Below are positions 39,257 through 41,825 of a stretch of DNA of 41,825 bases, piece by piece. A program made the position numbers and the translations under genes. The notes under the pieces were generated by a model. It searched no databases. It saw only the letters and a program-made list of their open reading frames with translations, and was not told the origin of the DNA. The DNA lies in the IMG/VR virus record IMGVR_UViG_3300045974_000095, positions 1 through 41,825 of that record; one strand, written 5' to 3'. This DNA is from a virus. Position 1 is the stretch's first letter; each line of letters starts with the position of its first letter.

Positions 39257-41269
39257 ATGATCGAGGCGTTGGCGCGGGAGAAGTGGGAAAGTAGTGGGCT
39301 CGACGAGAACCAAGCGAGGGCACTCAAGCTGAAAGGGCTCACGGGAGACCAAGTCGCGAAGCTGGCACCGAACTTCCACAGGGTAGGGGCGCTCCACATT
39401 CCCTACTTCGACCCGAAAGGCACCCCCACCAAGTTCTTTCGTATCCGCTACCTCGAGAAGCTGAACGGCTTCGCGGGAGTAGTCGGCAAGCCGCAGAGGT
39501 ACGCGCAGCCGAAGGGCAGCCTGAACGAAGTCTACATGCCTCCGCTGCTCACCATGTCCTGGGCCGAAGTGCTCCAAGATGTGAACATCCCCATCTACAT
39601 CACGGAGGGCGAGCTGAAAGCGGCAGCCGGATGCTCGTGCGGGCTCGCTACCATAGGGCTCGGGGGCGTGGACGTGTGGCGAGCAGCCAAGCGGGGCATC
39701 GTGCTCCTGCCTGCGCTCGCCCAGGCCAAGTGGACCAAGAGAACGGTGGTGATCGTATATGACAGCGACGCGGCGACCAACCCCAACGTTGTCCGAGCTC
39801 AGCGACAACTGGCCGCCGAGCTCATGGCGCTTGGAGCCCTGGCAGCGGTCTGTTCTATCTCGCCTGGACCGCATGGCGAAAAGGTCGGGCTCGATGATTA
39901 TCTTATGGCCCAGGGGGCGGAGTCCCTCATCACGCTACTCAACTCTGCTCCGCTCTTTCCAGAAGCGGACGCGCTCTGGGGAATGAACGAAGAAGTGCTC
40001 TACGTCAAGTACCCTGGACTCGTGGTCACGCGCGCAGAGGGCGAGCGTATCAGCGCCCATGCCTTCGTGCATCACGTGTACGCGAATCACCACTACCAAG
40101 AGTCCAAGCCCACCAAGTCCGGGGGCATCGCCCTGGTGAACAAGCCGCTCGCCAAGCGGTGGATCGAATGGGAGCACAGGTTCGAAGTCAAGCGCATCAC
40201 CTACGCCCCCGGGAAGCCGCAGATCACTGACGATGCCTGGAACACTTGGCCAGGGATGGGCGTCGAGCCCGCTAAGGGTGATATCATGCCCTGGCAGAGC
40301 CTCCTGGACTACGTGTTCGCCTCGGCGGGGCCGGAGGAGCGGGAGTGGTTCGAAAAGTGGTGCGCCTACCCCATCCAGTACCCTGGCACGAAGTTGTTCA
40401 CGGCGGCGGTCATCTGGGGCCGATACCAGGGCACCGGCAAGACGCTCATCGCGTACACTCTCCGCAACATCTACGGTAAGAACTTCGTAGAGATCAAGTC
40501 GAACAACCTCGTAGGCAGCTTCAACTCCTGGGCGGAGAACCGACAGCTCGTGTACGGGGACGAAATCACCGGGTCGGACAGCCGCATCGACGCCGACAGG
40601 CTGAAGGGCATGATCACGAACGAAGAGCTCATGATCAACGCCAAGTTCCTGCCCGAATACGTCATCCCCGACTGCATCAACTACTACTTCACGTCTAACC
40701 ACCCGGACGCTTTCTTCATCGAGGACAGTGACCGCCGGTTCTTCGTACACGAGCTGGTGGGGCCGCCGATGGCTCGGGAGTTCTACACGAAGTACGATGC
40801 GTGGATGAAGGGGCCAGGGCCCGCAGCTCTGTATCACTACCTGCTGAGCCTGGACCTGAGCGACTTCGACCCCCGGGCACCTGCGATGATCACCAAGTCC
40901 AAGGCCAGCATGATCGTGGACGCCAAGAGTGACGTGGCGATGTGGGTGGTGCAGCTTCGGGAAGACCCCGATGCGGCGCTGCGTACTCTTGGGGAGCACA
41001 TCGCACAGAACGCCGAACTGCTCACTGCCACCATGCTCCTGCGGGCGTACGATCCCGAGGGCAAGGGGCGCGTCACCGTCAATGGCCTCTCGAGGGAGCT
41101 CAAGCGCAGCGGCTTCGTTCAGTGCAACTACGGCTCACCCATCCGTACCGCGACTGGACTTCAGCGCGTGTACGCCATCCGCAACATCGACAAATGGGAG
41201 GAAGCTTCACCAAGTGCCCTCGCTCAAGAGTACAACCGCGTATTCCCACCGCCCACGCAGAAGTTCTAG
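39257..41269 (+). CDS. Primase-helicase: N-terminal Toprim domain fused to a superfamily 3 (D5/P4-type) helicase.
   Basis: Toprim motifs are IYITEGELKAAA and VVIVYDSDAATNPNV. The SF3 NTPase has Walker A GRYQGTGKT, Walker B QLVYGDEI and motif C-like INYYFTSN. Confidence 0.85.
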   Translation: MIEALAREKWESSGLDENQARALKLKGLTGDQVAKLAPNFHRVGALHIPYFDPKGTPTKFFRIRYLEKLNGFAGVVGKPQRYAQPKGSLNEVYMPPLLTMSWAEVLQDVNIPIYITEGELKAAAGCSCGLATIGLGGVDVWRAAKRGIVLLPALAQAKWTKRTVVIVYDSDAATNPNVVRAQRQLAAELMALGALAAVCSISPGPHGEKVGLDDYLMAQGAESLITLLNSAPLFPEADALWGMNEEVLYVKYPGLVVTRAEGERISAHAFVHHVYANHHYQESKPTKSGGIALVNKPLAKRWIEWEHRFEVKRITYAPGKPQITDDAWNTWPGMGVEPAKGDIMPWQSLLDYVFASAGPEEREWFEKWCAYPIQYPGTKLFTAAVIWGRYQGTGKTLIAYTLRNIYGKNFVEIKSNNLVGSFNSWAENRQLVYGDEITGSDSRIDADRLKGMITNEELMINAKFLPEYVIPDCINYYFTSNHPDAFFIEDSDRRFFVHELVGPPMAREFYTKYDAWMKGPGPAALYHYLLSLDLSDFDPRAPAMITKSKASMIVDAKSDVAMWVVQLREDPDAALRTLGEHIAQNAELLTATMLLRAYDPEGKGRVTVNGLSRELKRSGFVQCNYGSPIRTATGLQRVYAIRNIDKWEEASPSALAQEYNRVFPPPTQKF

Positions 41270-41276
41270 GAGGCGT

Positions 41277-41825
41277 ATGTTCACCGAAGAAAGAGTGTTG
41301 GCGTTCTTCAACTACATCTACCAGCGCGAGCTGATTCGACAGGCCAAGGTCAACCTCGACCCGTGGCCCTGGACCGACGACCCCATCCTGCAGAAGTTCA
41401 AGTTCACCAACGTCAAGCGGAAGAACGACCGCACCACTCAGCACTTCATCAAGATATACAACGAGCACCTGGGGGCCGACCCGTCGGTCGCCCTCTACAA
41501 CTGCGGAGTGTTCCGGTACTTCGGCACGATGGAGTGGGCCAACGAGTTCGGGTGGTCCGACGCGCACCGGGGCTCGAAGATGATCGCCACCGCCGCCGAG
41601 ATGCTGAAGCACGGACACAAGGTGTTCACCGGCGCCTACGTCATCACGAACAGCGGGCGGACTGGGCCGAAGCACGTCGTGGTGGAGGAGTACCTCCGGG
41701 CGCTGTGGAAGAAAGCCGATCAGGTGGTGGGGATGATGCACCTGAACCACGCCTGGGAGGCCGGGTTCAACGAGCTGAAGAAGCTGCCGGGGTTCGCGGG
41801 CACCGGCTTCATGGCCAAGGAGGTC
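41277..41825 (+). CDS. 5' part of the wrap-around aGPT-Pplase-like hypermodification gene (continues into 128..445).
   Basis: ATG 41277 follows TAGGAGG and is open to the window end. The translation begins MFTEERVLAFFNYIYQRELIRQAKVNLDPWPWTDDPILQKFKFTNVKRKNDRTTQHF... Confidence 0.5.
   Translation, partial: MFTEERVLAFFNYIYQRELIRQAKVNLDPWPWTDDPILQKFKFTNVKRKNDRTTQHFIKIYNEHLGADPSVALYNCGVFRYFGTMEWANEFGWSDAHRGSKMIATAAEMLKHGHKVFTGAYVITNSGRTGPKHVVVEEYLRALWKKADQVVGMMHLNHAWEAGFNELKKLPGFAGTGFMAKEV
41699..41825. repeat. Second copy of the 127-nt terminal overlap.
   Basis: It is identical to 1..127. Confidence 0.95.

Overview
The window is a complete, circularly closed dsDNA phage genome. It is visibly GC-rich, though I did not compute the GC content. 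Nt 1-127 are identical to nt 41699-41825, so the unique length is 41,698 bp, and one gene (41277..41825 continuing into 1..445) spans the junction.

The genome has two convergent transcription arms that meet at a hairpin at 11140..11164.

- **Plus arm (34785 -> wrap -> 11135).** It carries small early genes, a Toprim/SF3 primase-helicase and an 8-gene putative DNA base-hypermodification island. The island holds an aGPT-Pplase-like protein, two paralogous GT-A-like transferases, a radical SAM/SPASM enzyme, a thymidylate-synthase-family enzyme, a YfbR-like HD nucleotidase and a DUF3310 protein. After the island come a GerE-type regulator, an SSB-like protein, an HNH endonuclease, a family A DNA polymerase, a Cas4-like nuclease, VRR-NUC and an SNF2 helicase.
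- **Minus arm (34048 -> 11282).** It is one long late operon. In order it encodes a terS candidate, a tailspike interleaved with signal-peptide and collagen-like proteins, TerL, portal, scaffold, major capsid, a decoration-like protein, tail adaptor/nozzle-like proteins, a GNAT, internal virion proteins, a tail fibre, and a lysis cassette with a Tlde1/YkuD-fold enzyme.

There is no tape measure, sheath, phage RNA polymerase, integrase, tRNA or CRISPR, so the virion is probably podovirus-like and depends on host RNAP.

Structure not explained by the ORFs:

1. Three type II hammerhead ribozymes sit in consecutive intergenic gaps of the early operon. The catalytic core is complete and the stems covary.
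2. A ~28-bp tandem array of eight sigma54-promoter-like units (YGGCNN-N5-TTGCW) lies in the divergent control region. A further sigma54-like promoter sits 57 nt upstream of the first early gene.
3. A pair of fully overlapping divergent promoters is centred on a 15-bp palindrome next to a leaderless antisense small gene.

The host is unknown. The GC content, the sigma54 motifs and a small RHH protein that I recall as Myxococcales-type point weakly to Myxococcota. All homology calls come from motif recognition by eye; no searches were run.
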